Shown: piece by piece, positions 1 through 11,109 of the stretch
Numbering within the stretch: position 1 is the stretch's first letter
How the letters are laid out: each line of letters begins with the position of its first letter
NCBI GenBank assembly: GCA_951406725.2
Contig: OX597816.1
Location: 47,244,001-47,308,000, forward strand
Direction: 5' to 3'
DNA length: 64,000 nucleotides
Source: Octopus vulgaris
Lineage: Eukaryota
Program-made: the position numbers and the translations under genes
The notes under the pieces: generated by a model
Database searches by the model: none
The model's input: the letters and a program-made list of their open reading frames with translations, nothing else
Told to the model about the DNA's origin: nothing

Positions 1-795
1 AGTGTCAATGGTGGTTTCAGAAATTCCAAGTCAGAAACTACAGCCTAGAAGATGAACCTTGTCATGGAAGATCTGTAGAACTTGACAAGGATGTCCTGCA
101 AACCTTGGTGGAACAAAATCCCATTGTAACTGTTGAGAAGCTTGGATTTGGTCATTCGACCATTCATTGAAACCTGCATGCCATTGGAAAAGTTAGCAAA
201 TTGGGTCAATGGGTTTCTCACAAACTTTCCAAGTCTAATCATACACAGAGAGTGAATGTGTGCTCTTCTTTGCTGTCACGTCTCACAAATGAACCTTGTT
301 TTTGACTGAATAGTGACTGGTGATGAGAAATGGGTTCTCTACAAAAATGTCAAGTGCTGAAGATAGTGGGTAGGGAAAGGAGAAACATTGGCACTCCAGG
401 CTAAAGAAAATCTTCACCCACATAAGGTGTTGTTATCTGTTTGGTGGGATATGAAAGGTTTAGTCCACTTTGAACTTTTAAACTCAAACCAAATAATAAC
501 AAAGGAGATCTACTGTGAGCAGCTTGAGTGGCTTAAGTCAACGCTAGAAGAAAAATGACCATCTTTGGTTTCAAGATGAAAGGTGTTCTTCCATCAGGAT
601 AATGGTCAGCCACATACAATGAGAATGGCATTCAAAAGGCTGGAACAGTTTGAATGGGAAATGATACCCCACCCACCATATTTGCTGGACATTGCCCCAT
701 CTGATTACCATTTGAAGAAAAATTTTGTTTATCTTAATTTTGAAAAATAAAAGAAGTATAAAAAAACCCCGCATTAATTATGTGATGACCCAATA
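1..795 (+). mobile_element. Mariner (DD34D-type) transposon relic, 5' part outside the window; transposase pseudogene
   Basis: Manual translation across frameshifts and stops gives CQWWFQKF..SLEDEP, IVTGDEKWVLY, KVLLSVWWDMKG, FHQDNGQPH and HPPYLLDIAPSDYHL. A TIR-like end ...gatgacccaata lies at ~795. Confidence 0.9.
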
Positions 796-859
796 CATAT
801 ACAAACATACATACATACATACATACATACATACATACATACATACATACATACGTACA

Positions 860-893
<34 letters not shown>

Positions 894-997
894 CATATAT
901 ACGTACATGCATGCTTGCATGCATGCATACATACATACATACATACATACATACATACATACATACATACATGCATACATACATACATACATATACA
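796..997. repeat. (TACA)n microsatellite
   Basis: Direct reading; explains the HTYI/MYVC ORFs. Confidence 0.95.
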
Positions 998-1294
998 TCT
1001 CAAAAATATATAGGCACCATCTTTTTCCTTTTTTTTGGGGTAGGTGGGGTGGAATTTATTTCTAGTAAGAATATAATCTCATTTGATGCATTTAGGTAAT
1101 TAATGCCTTGTGAAGTTTTGTTATGGTTTAATCAATTTGGGCATTGTTCTAAGGAGTCATGTCCACATAGAAAAAATGATTAAATGCGGGGTGTCTATTT
1201 ACTTTTAATCCGTCTGTGTACACTGACACACATAAACATGTGCACACACAGACGCTCATACACATACACAGTCAAACATACATTCATATATATA

Positions 1295-1427
1295 TTGAAA
1301 AAATGAATAGAAAAGGCTTTTCTGATAATTTTTCCACTTTAATAATTAAATGTTTATAAGTAAACTTATAAATATCTAATTATTGAAGTGGAAAAATTAT
1401 CAGAAAAGACATTTCTATTCATATTTT

Positions 1428-1430
<3 letters not shown>
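1295..1430. repeat. Near-perfect ~136-bp palindrome (fold-back) flanked by (TA)n
   Basis: ttgaaaaaatgaatagaaa..tttctgataatttttccactt..tttataagt-aa-acttataaa..aagtggaaaaattatcagaaa..tttctattcatattttcaa; 2-nt loop. Confidence 0.9.
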
Positions 1431-1468
<38 letters not shown>

Positions 1469-2410
1469 GAGTGTATTTTTACCTTGTTAACAATTAACAC
1501 GGAAAAAATAAATAAATAGTTACCAGGGTAGCAAAAATCTCACAAGTAAAGATGTTGTAATTCCTTGTTTATAAAGGTAGAAACTTCGTGTTTACATGGA
1601 ATATTTTGAATAATATATGAATAAATAAATGTTTTTATTTATTCATATATATATATATATATATATGTATATATCATTCAACTATGGTAGTAGTTGAATA
1701 ATATTCTTAAGGCTGCAATTTATTCACATGCAGCACCTTTCAGAGCTTGTTGCTAATTCAGTTCTTAACCAAAATGAAAACTGTCAACCTTTTTGAAGAT
1801 GAATGGTCATGAACTACATTTTGGCATAAAAAATATTGAGATTTGATCCAGTAGAAAAAGTTTATATCAAAATTTGTAGCAATGTTATAGGAGAATAAGT
1901 AATGTCACCAATCAAGTTTAGATCTAAATAACTTTTTTATTTTAAAAACAAAATATGTTTATCTTAGCTTCAATGATTGAAGAAAGCATGGAGAATTTCG
2001 TAGTTTTGTTCCCATGCAACAAAACTTTCTATCAAAACAGTTGTGAGGTAAAATATGAAAAAAATATAAAGCAAAAAATTGAATTTAAGTATAATTAACT
2101 TTTTTATTTTAAAAGCAAACTATATTTTAATAAAGCTTAAATGATAGAGCTCAATTCAAGGAGTTTCATGGTATCAATCTCATGAAATGAAGTTTTAAAA
2201 GAAAAAAGTTTTGAGTGTTTGTTTCTCAAATTTGAGGGTGACAATATAGTTCTATACTTTTTTATGAATATAGTTCTATAAGAGGACTATTTTTATATAT
2301 GTCACCGACATCATTGACGTAAGGAAAAATTTATCAATGACACTGCTAATTGACACATTCAACACATTATTAATTAGCATAATAGCATAGCCTGGAAAAA
2401 AAACATGGAT

Positions 2411-3277
2411 TACATGGAAAAATGCGAGCAAGAGAAATAATATTCTTAAGATTATAAACCTGGAAAATTACAGGACAAGCTATTGCACTTGGAAAAGTTC
2501 AGAACAACTTATTACATCCGGTAAAGTACAGAACAAAAAAATTTTTACTTAAAATATTGCAGCTAAGGATAAAATTCTAAAATTAAAAATTATTTGATTT
2601 TAATTTACAAAGTAACATTATAATTAAAAAAAGGTACCATCATTTTGTTAAAATGTTGACACACTAGAATACTTAAAAAATGAGAGCCAGAAGTACCAAT
2701 ATTGCTAAAATTTTATGCCAAGTAGAATAGTATATATGGTAGGCAAATTCATTATGTAAAAAAAATAGGCATCGAGTCAAGACTAAAACTGTGAAGACTT
2801 GGCAATAACTCAAGCAAATTTTACTTTGAATTTGTTGTTATAGGTAGATTTTACTGTAATGTATAACTAATTTTTGTATTATTCTATTTATTGCACCAAC
2901 AAATTATGTACTACTATAATTTTTTATGACCTATTTTCAAATTTCTAATTATCAATTAATAATTAAAAAAATGAATTTTTTTAAAGTGCAAAAAATATTT
3001 TAATTGAGTTTTTTTTAAATTTTAATAAAAGTAACAAATAGAAGTAATAACTTATAATAAAATTTAAAGTTTTAATAAAAGCTAATATTTTCTAATCTAA
3101 ATATTTTATTTGAAATTTTATCTTTAGCTGCAATATTTTAAGTAAAATTTTTCTTGTTCTGTACTTTAGCAGATGCAATAAGTTGTCCTGAACTTTTCCA
3201 AGTGTAATAACTTGTGCTGTAATTTTCCAGGTTTATAATCTTAGAATATTATTTCTCTTGCTTGCATTTTCCATGTA
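2411..3277. mobile_element. MITE/foldback-like element with ~165-bp terminal inverted repeats, copy 1
   Basis: tacatggaaaaatgcgagc...aatattgcagctaa at 2411-2578 is the reverse complement of 3113-3277. The interior is AT-rich and non-coding. Same family as 61246-61762. Confidence 0.85.
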
Positions 3278-3691
3278 ATATATATATATATATATATATG
3301 AAAGAAGGTTTGAAAATGCACTTTTAAAAGATGTTTATTTACTTTACCAGTTTCACTTTTTAGAAAAAGATTGTCAAAAGTAACATGTAAAAGTTTGGTT
3401 GTGTTAATTACTGGTTGTCACAAAATATTACAATATACATATACATTCCTTGATAATAAGAACATGTTAAGAACAGCTTACAAGAGAAAATGTTGGGAAA
3501 ATATAAAAAAGTTTAACAAGTTCATTAAAATATTGGGCACAAAAGATTACAACATATATATACATTCTCAAGAAAATGTTAAAGATAGTTTCCAGAAGGA
3601 ATTATTAAAAAGTTCAGTGGAATATTGGTATTGTATCTGTATATATATACACACACAGAATATTATAAGTTCAAAAAACTTTACATTATAG

Positions 3692-4593
3692 TAGAAGGGT
3701 AGCTTAAACTGACCTGGTCCACCATGTTATCGTAAAAACTATTTTTTATTTCAAGGTTTGAAATAAAAAATAGCCAATACCAACACCAAGAGAAGCAGCC
3801 CCAGCTCCACCAATGACAACACCACTGCTGACATCAGTGACAATGACAGCACCAGTAACAGTGCCAACAACAGCAACACCTACAACAACAACAGGTGCAT
3901 TGACATCACGTGCCTACAGAAATATATGGGATGCACTGAGAATTCTCTCAAACAGTGTCTTTCCAATCATTTGTCCTCCTTTAGAGTCTAGAAAGGAGAT
4001 ATGTGACATCATTGGCCAACCTTGTCTGACAATTAAGAGATGACAGGATACCATACACGATAACTTGGAAAATACTTGACAACCCAGGCCCCTACATCAA
4101 TGTGACAAAACGTTGCAAGTTATGCATTGCCAAACACACAAGAATCTTAAAAGACTCACTCATGCTAGGGAGCATCCTGAACTCCAGGACAGAGATTTTC
4201 GGGCCATGTTTGCAATTTAGAAGATTCCTGCTGGCGTTTTGGAACCCGCAAGGTGATGTCACAGCTGGAAGCCAATAGCCATGGCTGAAGGGAGACAATC
4301 ATTTACCTTCATGGTTCTTTGGTGACCACAAGATGGCAGTGAGGTCGAAGCCCAATGGCCAATGGCAAAGGGAGATAATCACCTAGTGTTTACCTTTATA
4401 GTGAGGCATTTCCCACTTCATATTTTGAAGAGGTCTTAGGCCAGCAATATTTGGGGCTTGAAAATACACCGTAAGGCCAAACACCTTATGAGCAAGAAAC
4501 CCAGGGTAACCCCATAAACTGGCCTACTCCATTATAAATTAACTGCTCTATATATTAGTGTGTGCTTCTCCTCCAGATTTATGTATTTCTGCA

Positions 4594-4595
<2 letters not shown>
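3692..4595 (+). mobile_element. Penelope-like retroelement 3' relic (GIY-YIG endonuclease C-terminus plus 3' pLTR-like region)
   Basis: Frame from 3920 reads KYMGCTENSLKQCLSNHLSSFRV*..TSLANLV*QLRDDRIPYTITWKILDNPGPYINVTKRCKLCIAK..ILNSRTEIFGPCLQFRRFLL. This matches the PLE GIY-YIG pattern (YxG...W.IL...PY....CxLC...LNxRxE). Confidence 0.8.
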
Positions 4596-4676
<81 letters not shown>

Positions 4677-4800
4677 TGTTTGTGTATATTAGGCACATAT
4701 TCTGATAGTTAAGTTTTGCTTCAAGTGTAAAAATGACATAATATTAAGATGCTTGGAATAAAAATATCATGCAAACCTATCTTTTATCCTTAAGTATGTT

Positions 4801-4806
4801 ATGATA

Positions 4807-4838
<32 letters not shown>

Positions 4839-5005
4839 AATGATGATGATGATGATGATAATGATGATGATGATAATAATGATGATGATGATGATGATGA
4901 TGATAATAATGATGATGATGATGATGGCAATAATGATGATGACAATGATGATAGTGGTGATGACTACGATGATGGCAGTGGTGATGGCTGTAGTGGTGGT
5001 GGTGG
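4801..5005. repeat. (ATG)n/(GTG)n trinucleotide microsatellite
   Basis: Direct reading. Confidence 0.95.
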
Positions 5006-5358
5006 TGTGAGAGTTGGTAGTATGGATACTGGTGATGTGTGTGCTAGTGTTGCTACTGCTGACAGGGGATAAATATTTCATCCACAGTTTATATTTGTGT
5101 GGAAAGTAATAACTTAAGAATTGCTCGATAGACATATTTTTATGTTTTTTAAAAAGTAAGTATTACATCTTCTTACAAATCTAGTTTTACTTATCTTCAC
5201 TTCAAGAAAAGCCATCAAATAGACATAAGCTCTTGGGAAACATGAGTCGGTTGAATAGAGTTTTGATGTTTCGATTTATGGTTGCAGTCATGTCAGTTCA
5301 TTTCTATAATTTCTTTGTGAAGGTGAGATGATGAGTTGATAAGGTGCTAAACCATGAA
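4995..5358. repeat. Left arm of a ~360-bp inverted duplication (partner 7277-7640)
   Basis: gtatggatactggtga..ggggataaatatttcatccacagtttatat..aaggtgctaaaccatgaa is the reverse complement of 7277-7640. Confidence 0.9.
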
Positions 5359-6008
5359 TGCATGTGTTGGAGAAGCTTTGCAAAAGGACATCCATTTCAC
5401 AAGTTAATGAGGACCGAACCAGATGTAATGTTGGACTTACGGTAATTGATTTTATGTGGTAAAAGTAGATTGGTCAGTGTCGAATGTGTTACATATTTTA
5501 TATTGTAGGTTATTTCTTATGGAAACAGAGAAGATTGTTGATGTGATGTTTGTATGTGTATGGTGGTGTTAGGGTTGGCACGTGTGTGTGGGGAGGTGTG
5601 TTAGTGTGTGTGGGGGTGGATGGGTGTGGGGAGGTTTGTTAGTGTGTGTGTGTGTGGAGGGGTGTATGTGTGTGTGTATTGAGTTAGTGAGAAATTTCAG
5701 TGAATGCTCAATAGAACTAGTCAGTTGATGAATTCTTGTTTGAGCATGTGACTGCCTGTGAGTACATGTCCCCAAAAAGGCCCCAAAAGGTTGAAACAAA
5801 CCTAGTGCTTTTGCTGGCTACTATTGGGATAAATTTTTATTTTTCTCTCTCTCACTTTCCCTTTCCACCTCTCCCTCTCTCATATTTCTTGAATTTTTTT
5901 ACACAGCAAGTCCATAAAAGATGCTATCTTCTGACAAATACTGCAGTAACCAGCCTGTCAGTAGTGTGTATATGTTAAGTATAATTCATAGATGGCTGTG
6001 AGAAGATA

Positions 6009-6970
6009 TGAGGTGATATTAAAAAGTTCCTGGACTAGTTATATTTTATAAAAAATTACTTATTTACCTAAGTTTTAACATTATCTTCAAAATAGTCACC
6101 TTGCGCAGCAATACACCTGTCCCAGCATTCCTGCCACTTTTAGAATCTGGCCTGGAAGTTGCTTTCTGTAAACAAGTTGAGGACTTTCTGCGGTTCACTC
6201 TGGATCCCAACAATGGTATTAAAATGGCAACCTTTGAGCTGCATTTTCCTCTTGGAGAAGAGATGAAATATAGCAGGTGCTAAATCTGGCAAAAAGGGCT
6301 GGTGCAGAAGCAATACCATGTTGTTTTGGGTGAGAAACTCATGAATGAGAAGAACTCAGTGACAGGGTGCATTGTCATTGTGAAGAATACAATTCTTCAT
6401 GTTCCACAGATCCAGTCACTTTCGTCGAATGTCCTTCAAATGCTTCAAAACATTATTGTAGAACTCTTGATTGATGGCTGGCCTTAGGGGACGAATTCTT
6501 GATGCTCAATACCACATTTCCAACAGTGATACTTGTGACAGATCTTCCAGAGACACTCATTGTCTTCCAGAGACACTCATCTTCTTCAAAAGTAGAAGTG
6601 TGATCTTCCAGATTGCTCATTGTTCTTCCACTTTTGAAGCACCTGTGCCACTCAAATCATTGTGTACAACCCATTGTCTCATCGCCGTAAGCTTGCCAAA
6701 GCATGCTTAATATCTCTGAGGCAGACTCGCCAAGTTTAATGCAAAATTTCACGTTGGCTCTTTGTTCCTCTTCATGACAAAATCGAAAACTACATGATCA
6801 CAAAACACAAATTTCATGATCACATGATCACAAAAACACAAATTTCACAACTTGCAACACAAACACAGTGATGTCACTCAGCACACTGCCTCATAACAAT
6901 CACTGTTAGCTCTCATTTCACATGCAATTGTATATTGCCATCTGTTGGTGCAACTTTTTGATGCCACCTC
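6009..6970 (-). mobile_element. Mariner transposon relic, internally deleted
   Basis: Minus strand gives LHNDNAPCH (~6359-6385), PDLAP (~6273-6290) and an EEDE..GR-like motif (~6565-6590). Degenerate TIRs gaggtgatattaaaaagttcc / gcaactttttgatgccacctc. Confidence 0.8.
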
Positions 6971-7276
6971 TGAAGTTAATCCTATTTCTGCATTGTGCTT
7001 GTGTAACAATTACATTCTTCACAATTTCCTGCACAACAAAACTAATGTAAATATGTGAAAACCCAAAGGGCTTTCCAAAGCTGGTTCATAATTTTGGTGT
7101 GAAGTGAACAAGAGAGAAAACACTTCCCTGGATATGACACTAGTTTATGAAGCAGTAACATTCCCAGAGGATCTGTTACCTAAGCCAAGTAAAGTAAGTA
7201 TATATAGAAAGTAAAGACTTCTGCCGAGAAAGGCAATGAAATATTTACAATGGATTTAAACTCACAATGTACGGTG

Positions 7277-7640
7277 TTCATGGTTTAGCACCTAATCAAC
7301 TCATCATCTCACCTTCTCAAAGAGATGATAGAAATGAACTGAAATGACTGCAACCATAAATCAAAACATCAAAACTCTATTCAACAGACTCATGTTTTCC
7401 AAGAGCTTATGTCTATTTGATGGCTTTCCTGAAGTGAAGATAAGTAAACTCGATTTGTAAGAAGTTGTAATGCTTACCTAAAAATATCAAGCAATTCTTA
7501 GTGTTCCATAAGTTGTTACTTTCCACTCGAATATAAACTGTGGATGAAATATTTATCCCCTATCAGCAGCAGCAACACCGACACCAACACCAGTAACACT
7601 AGTACCTGCTTCACCAGTATCCATACCACCACCACCACCA
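7277..7640. repeat. Right arm of the inverted duplication (partner 4995-5358)
   Basis: See left arm; roughly 85% identity by eye. Confidence 0.9.
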
Positions 7641-7744
7641 CCACCCTCCCCTTCCCCTCCCCCTCCTCTACCCTCCTCCACCCCTCCTCCTCCACCACCA
7701 CCACCACCACCACCGCCAACATGTGTATATAAATATATGTGTAT

Positions 7745-8300
7745 CATCATCATCGTTTAACGTCCACTTTCCATGCTAGCATGGGTTGGACGGTTTGACT
7801 GGGAACTAGTGAGCCAGATGGCTGCCCTAGGCTCCAATCTGACCTGGCAGAGTTTCTACAGCTGGATGCCCTTCCTAACGCCAACCACTCTGAGAGTGTA
7901 GTGGGTGCTTTTACGTGCCACAGGCATGAGGGTCAGTCATGTGGTACTGGCAACAGCCATGCTCAAATGGTGTTTTTACATATCACCTGCACTAGAGCCA
8001 GTCCAGCGGCACTGGCAACACCCTCGCTTGAATGTTGTTTTTCACGTACCACCGGCACAAGTGCCAGTAAGGCGACGCTGGCAACGATCACGCTTGGATG
8101 GTGCTCTTAGCACTCCACTAGCATGGCTGCCAGTCATGCGGTGCTGTCATTGAATTTGATTTCTATTTCACTTGCCTCAACAGGTCTTCGCAAGCAGAGT
8201 TTAGTGTCTAATGAAAGAAAGGTATGCCTAAGTGGGCTGGTTACACCACTGGCATAGGCCACAGGTTATGGTCTCACTTGGCTTGCTGGGTCTTCTCAAG
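7745..8300 (-). mobile_element. RTE-clade LINE 3' UTR/tail, 5'-truncated
   Basis: (CAT)n tail, ccatgctagcatgg palindrome and ggatgcccttcctaacgccaaccactc, all homologous to the 3' end of the 8326-10770 element. Confidence 0.85.
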
Positions 8301-8332
<32 letters not shown>

Positions 8333-8334
8333 GC

Positions 8335-9938
8335 ATGAAGGCAATTAGAAGCATGAAGACAGGGAAAGCCCCAGGTCCATCAGGTATCACTGCAGAGATG
8401 CTCAAAATATCTGGTAGTGTCGGCTATAGCCTAGTCACCTGTATAGTTAATCAGGTGATACATGAAGGAGTCATACCCAATGACTGGTGTAGCAGCATAA
8501 TAGTCAACTGCTACAAAGGTAAAGGTGATGCCCTAGATACAAATAATTACAGAGGTATCAAGCTGTTGGATCAGGTGATGAAGGTTACAGAGAGGGTCAT
8601 AAGCCAACTAATTAGAGAGAGAGTTAGTTTAGATGAGATGCAGTTTGGTTTCATGCCAGGGAAAAGTACCACTGATGCTATATTCCTGGTAAGGCAGCTG
8701 CAGGAGAAATACCTAGCCAAAGATAAGGCCCTGTACCTGGCTTTTGTTGACATGGAGAAAGCCTTCGACAGGGTCCCCCGATCCCTCATATGGTGGTCAA
8801 TGAGGAAACTAGGAATAGATGAATGGTTAGTGAGAGCTGTGCAAGCCATGTACAGGGACACTGCTAGTAAGGTGAGGGTTGGAAATGAGTACAGTGAAGA
8901 ATTCCGGGTAGAGGTAGGGGTCCACCAAGGCTCAGTCCTCAGCCCCTCCTATTTATCATAGTCCTCCAGGCAATAACGGAGGAATTCAAGACAGGATGCC
9001 CCTGGGAGCTCCTCTATGCTGATGACCTTGCTCTAATTGCTGAGTCATTATCAGAACTGGAGAAGAAGTTTCAGGTGTGGAAGCATGGTTTAGAATCGAA
9101 GGGCCTTAGAGTCAACCTAGCTAAAACCAAAGTCCTAATAAGTAGGAAGGTAGACAAATCACAAACGCCTTCAGGAAGATGGCCCTGCTCGATCTGTAGA
9201 AAAGGTGTAGGTAGAAACTCTATAAGATGCACCAAGTGTAAGCTATGGACACATAAGAGGTGCAGCAATGTCATAGGAAGGCTAACTAGGAAGATGGTTT
9301 TTGTATGTGGCAGATGCTCGGGAGCATTAACCTCTGAAAATCTGCAGAAAACAACTTCCGTCACTTTCCAGGGGGAAAAACTAGAAGTAGTTGATAGCTT
9401 CCGTTATCTTGGTGACCAAGTCAGTAGTGGGGGTGGGTGTGCTGAAAGTGTAACGGCTAGAGTAAGAATAGCCTGGGCAAAGTTTAGGGAGCTCTTACCT
9501 CTGTTGGTGACTAAAGGCCTCTCGCTCAGAGTAAAAGGCAGACTGTATGATGCATGTGTACGAACAGCCATGCTACATGGCAGTGAAACATGGGCCGTGA
9601 CTGCTGAGGACATGCGTAAGCTCGCGAGAAATGAAGCTAGTATGCTCCGTTGGATGTGTAATGTCAGTGTTCATAGTCGACAGAGTGTAAGTACCTTGAG
9701 AGAAAAGTTGGACCTAAGAGGAATCAGATGTTGTGTGCAAGAGAGACGATTGCGCTGGTATGGTCATGTGGTGAGAATGGATGAAGATAGGTGTGTGAAA
9801 AAGTGCCACACCCTGGCAGTTGAGGGGACCTGTGGAAGAGGTAGACCCAGGAAAACTCTAGGTCTCACCAAGGAAATGACCAGAGACCGAGACCTATGGA
9901 AGTATGCTGTGCGTGAGAAGACCCGGCAAGACCAGTGA
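8335..9938 (+). pseudogene. RTE reverse transcriptase lacking the endonuclease; one frameshift at ~8945; PHD-type zinc finger between YADD and the thumb region
   Basis: KAPGPSGI, NYRGIKLL, QFGFMPGKSTTDAIF, AFVDMEKAFDRV and GVHQGSVLSP, then after a -1 nt shift IIVLQAITEEFKTGCPWELLYADDL, FRYLG, RRLRWYGHV and GRGRPRK. Confidence 0.93.
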
Positions 9939-9984
9939 GAACAATCAAAATCAAATCATATATCAGAAAGCAGGGGTTAAGTGA

Positions 9985-10595
9985 CCCATCCGTTCGTGTC
10001 CGCTGTCAGCCTCGTCTGGCACCCGTGCCGGTGATACGTAAAAGCACCATTCGCTCGTGGCCGTTTGCCAGCTCTGCCTGGCCCCGTGTCGGTGGCACGT
10101 AAAAGCACCATCCGTTCGTGTTCGTTGCCAGCCTCGCCTGGCCCCGTGCCGGTGACACGTAAAAGCACCATCCGTTCGTGGCCGTTTGCCAGCTCTGTCT
10201 GGCCCCATGTCGGTGGCACGTAAAAGCACCATCCGTTCGTGTCCGTTGCCAGCCTCGGCTGGCCCCCATGCCGGTGACACGTAAAAGCACCGTCCGCTCA
10301 TGGCCGTTTGCCAGCTCTGTCTGGCAACCGTGTCGGTGGCACGTAAAAGCACCATCCGTTTGCGTCCGTTGCCAGCCTCGGCCTGGCCCCCGTGCCGGTG
10401 ACACGTAAAAGCACCGTCCGTTTGTGGCCGGTTGCCAGCTCCGTCTGGCCCCATGTCGGTGGCACATAAAAGCACCATCCGTTCGTGTCCATTGCCAGCA
10501 TCGCCTGGCCCCGTGCCGGTGACACGTAAAAGCACCATCCGTTCGTGGCCGTTCGCCAGCTCTGTCTGGCACCTGTGCAGGTGGCACGTAAAAAA
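9985..10595 (+). repeat. ~60-bp GC-rich tandem array (~10 units, alternating A/B variants) in the RTE 3' UTR
   Basis: Repeated aaaagcaccatccgttcgtg(g/t)ccgtt(t)gccagc...ctggccccgtg(c/t)cggtg(g/a)cacgt. Confidence 0.95.
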
Positions 10596-10769
10596 CACCC
10601 ACTACACTCGCGGAGTGGTTGGCGTTAGGAAGGGCATCCAGCCGTAGAAACACTGCCAGATCTGACTGGGCCTGACGAAGCCTTCCAGCTTCACAGACCC
10701 CAGTTGACCCGTCCAACCCATGCTAGCATGGAAAGCGGACGCTAAACGATGATGATGATGATGATGATG

Positions 10770-10800
<31 letters not shown>

Positions 10801-11109
10801 TATATATATATATGTATACATATACACACACACATGCACATACATATATGTACATATATGTGCATATATATATCTGTATAGGTATATACACATATGCATC
10901 ACACACACACACACCCATATATACGTACATACACACACACCCATACATACACTTATATGTTGACATCATAAGAGTTATATAAATGTGCCCCAGCACTGTT
11001 GCACTTCTCTGTTGCACAGGATGTTTTGTGTTCTTGTCCCATTTTTGTATTTTTTATATATAAAATATAGCAGCGTACGTACACTTTGATGTCTTATCTA
11101 TATATATAT

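Larger units (their letters stand above)
8326..10770 (+). mobile_element. Young 5'-truncated RTE-clade non-LTR retrotransposon inserted in (TA)n
   Basis: RT ORF, 3' UTR with a 60-bp tandem array, terminal palindrome ccatgctagcatgg and (GAT)n tail; (TA)n on both sides. Confidence 0.95.

Noticed and set aside
725-1099. ORFs of HTYI/MYVC, poly-I/M/C/H and LSLS type here and throughout the window
   Set aside because: They are translations of microsatellites with no coding signature.
9985-10595. CRISPR-like appearance of regularly spaced repeats
   Set aside because: There are no unique spacers, the context is eukaryotic, and it is the 3' UTR array of an RTE LINE.
9963-10716. 211-aa and 236-aa minus-strand ORFs
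   Set aside because: Antisense translations of the GC-rich 60-bp array.
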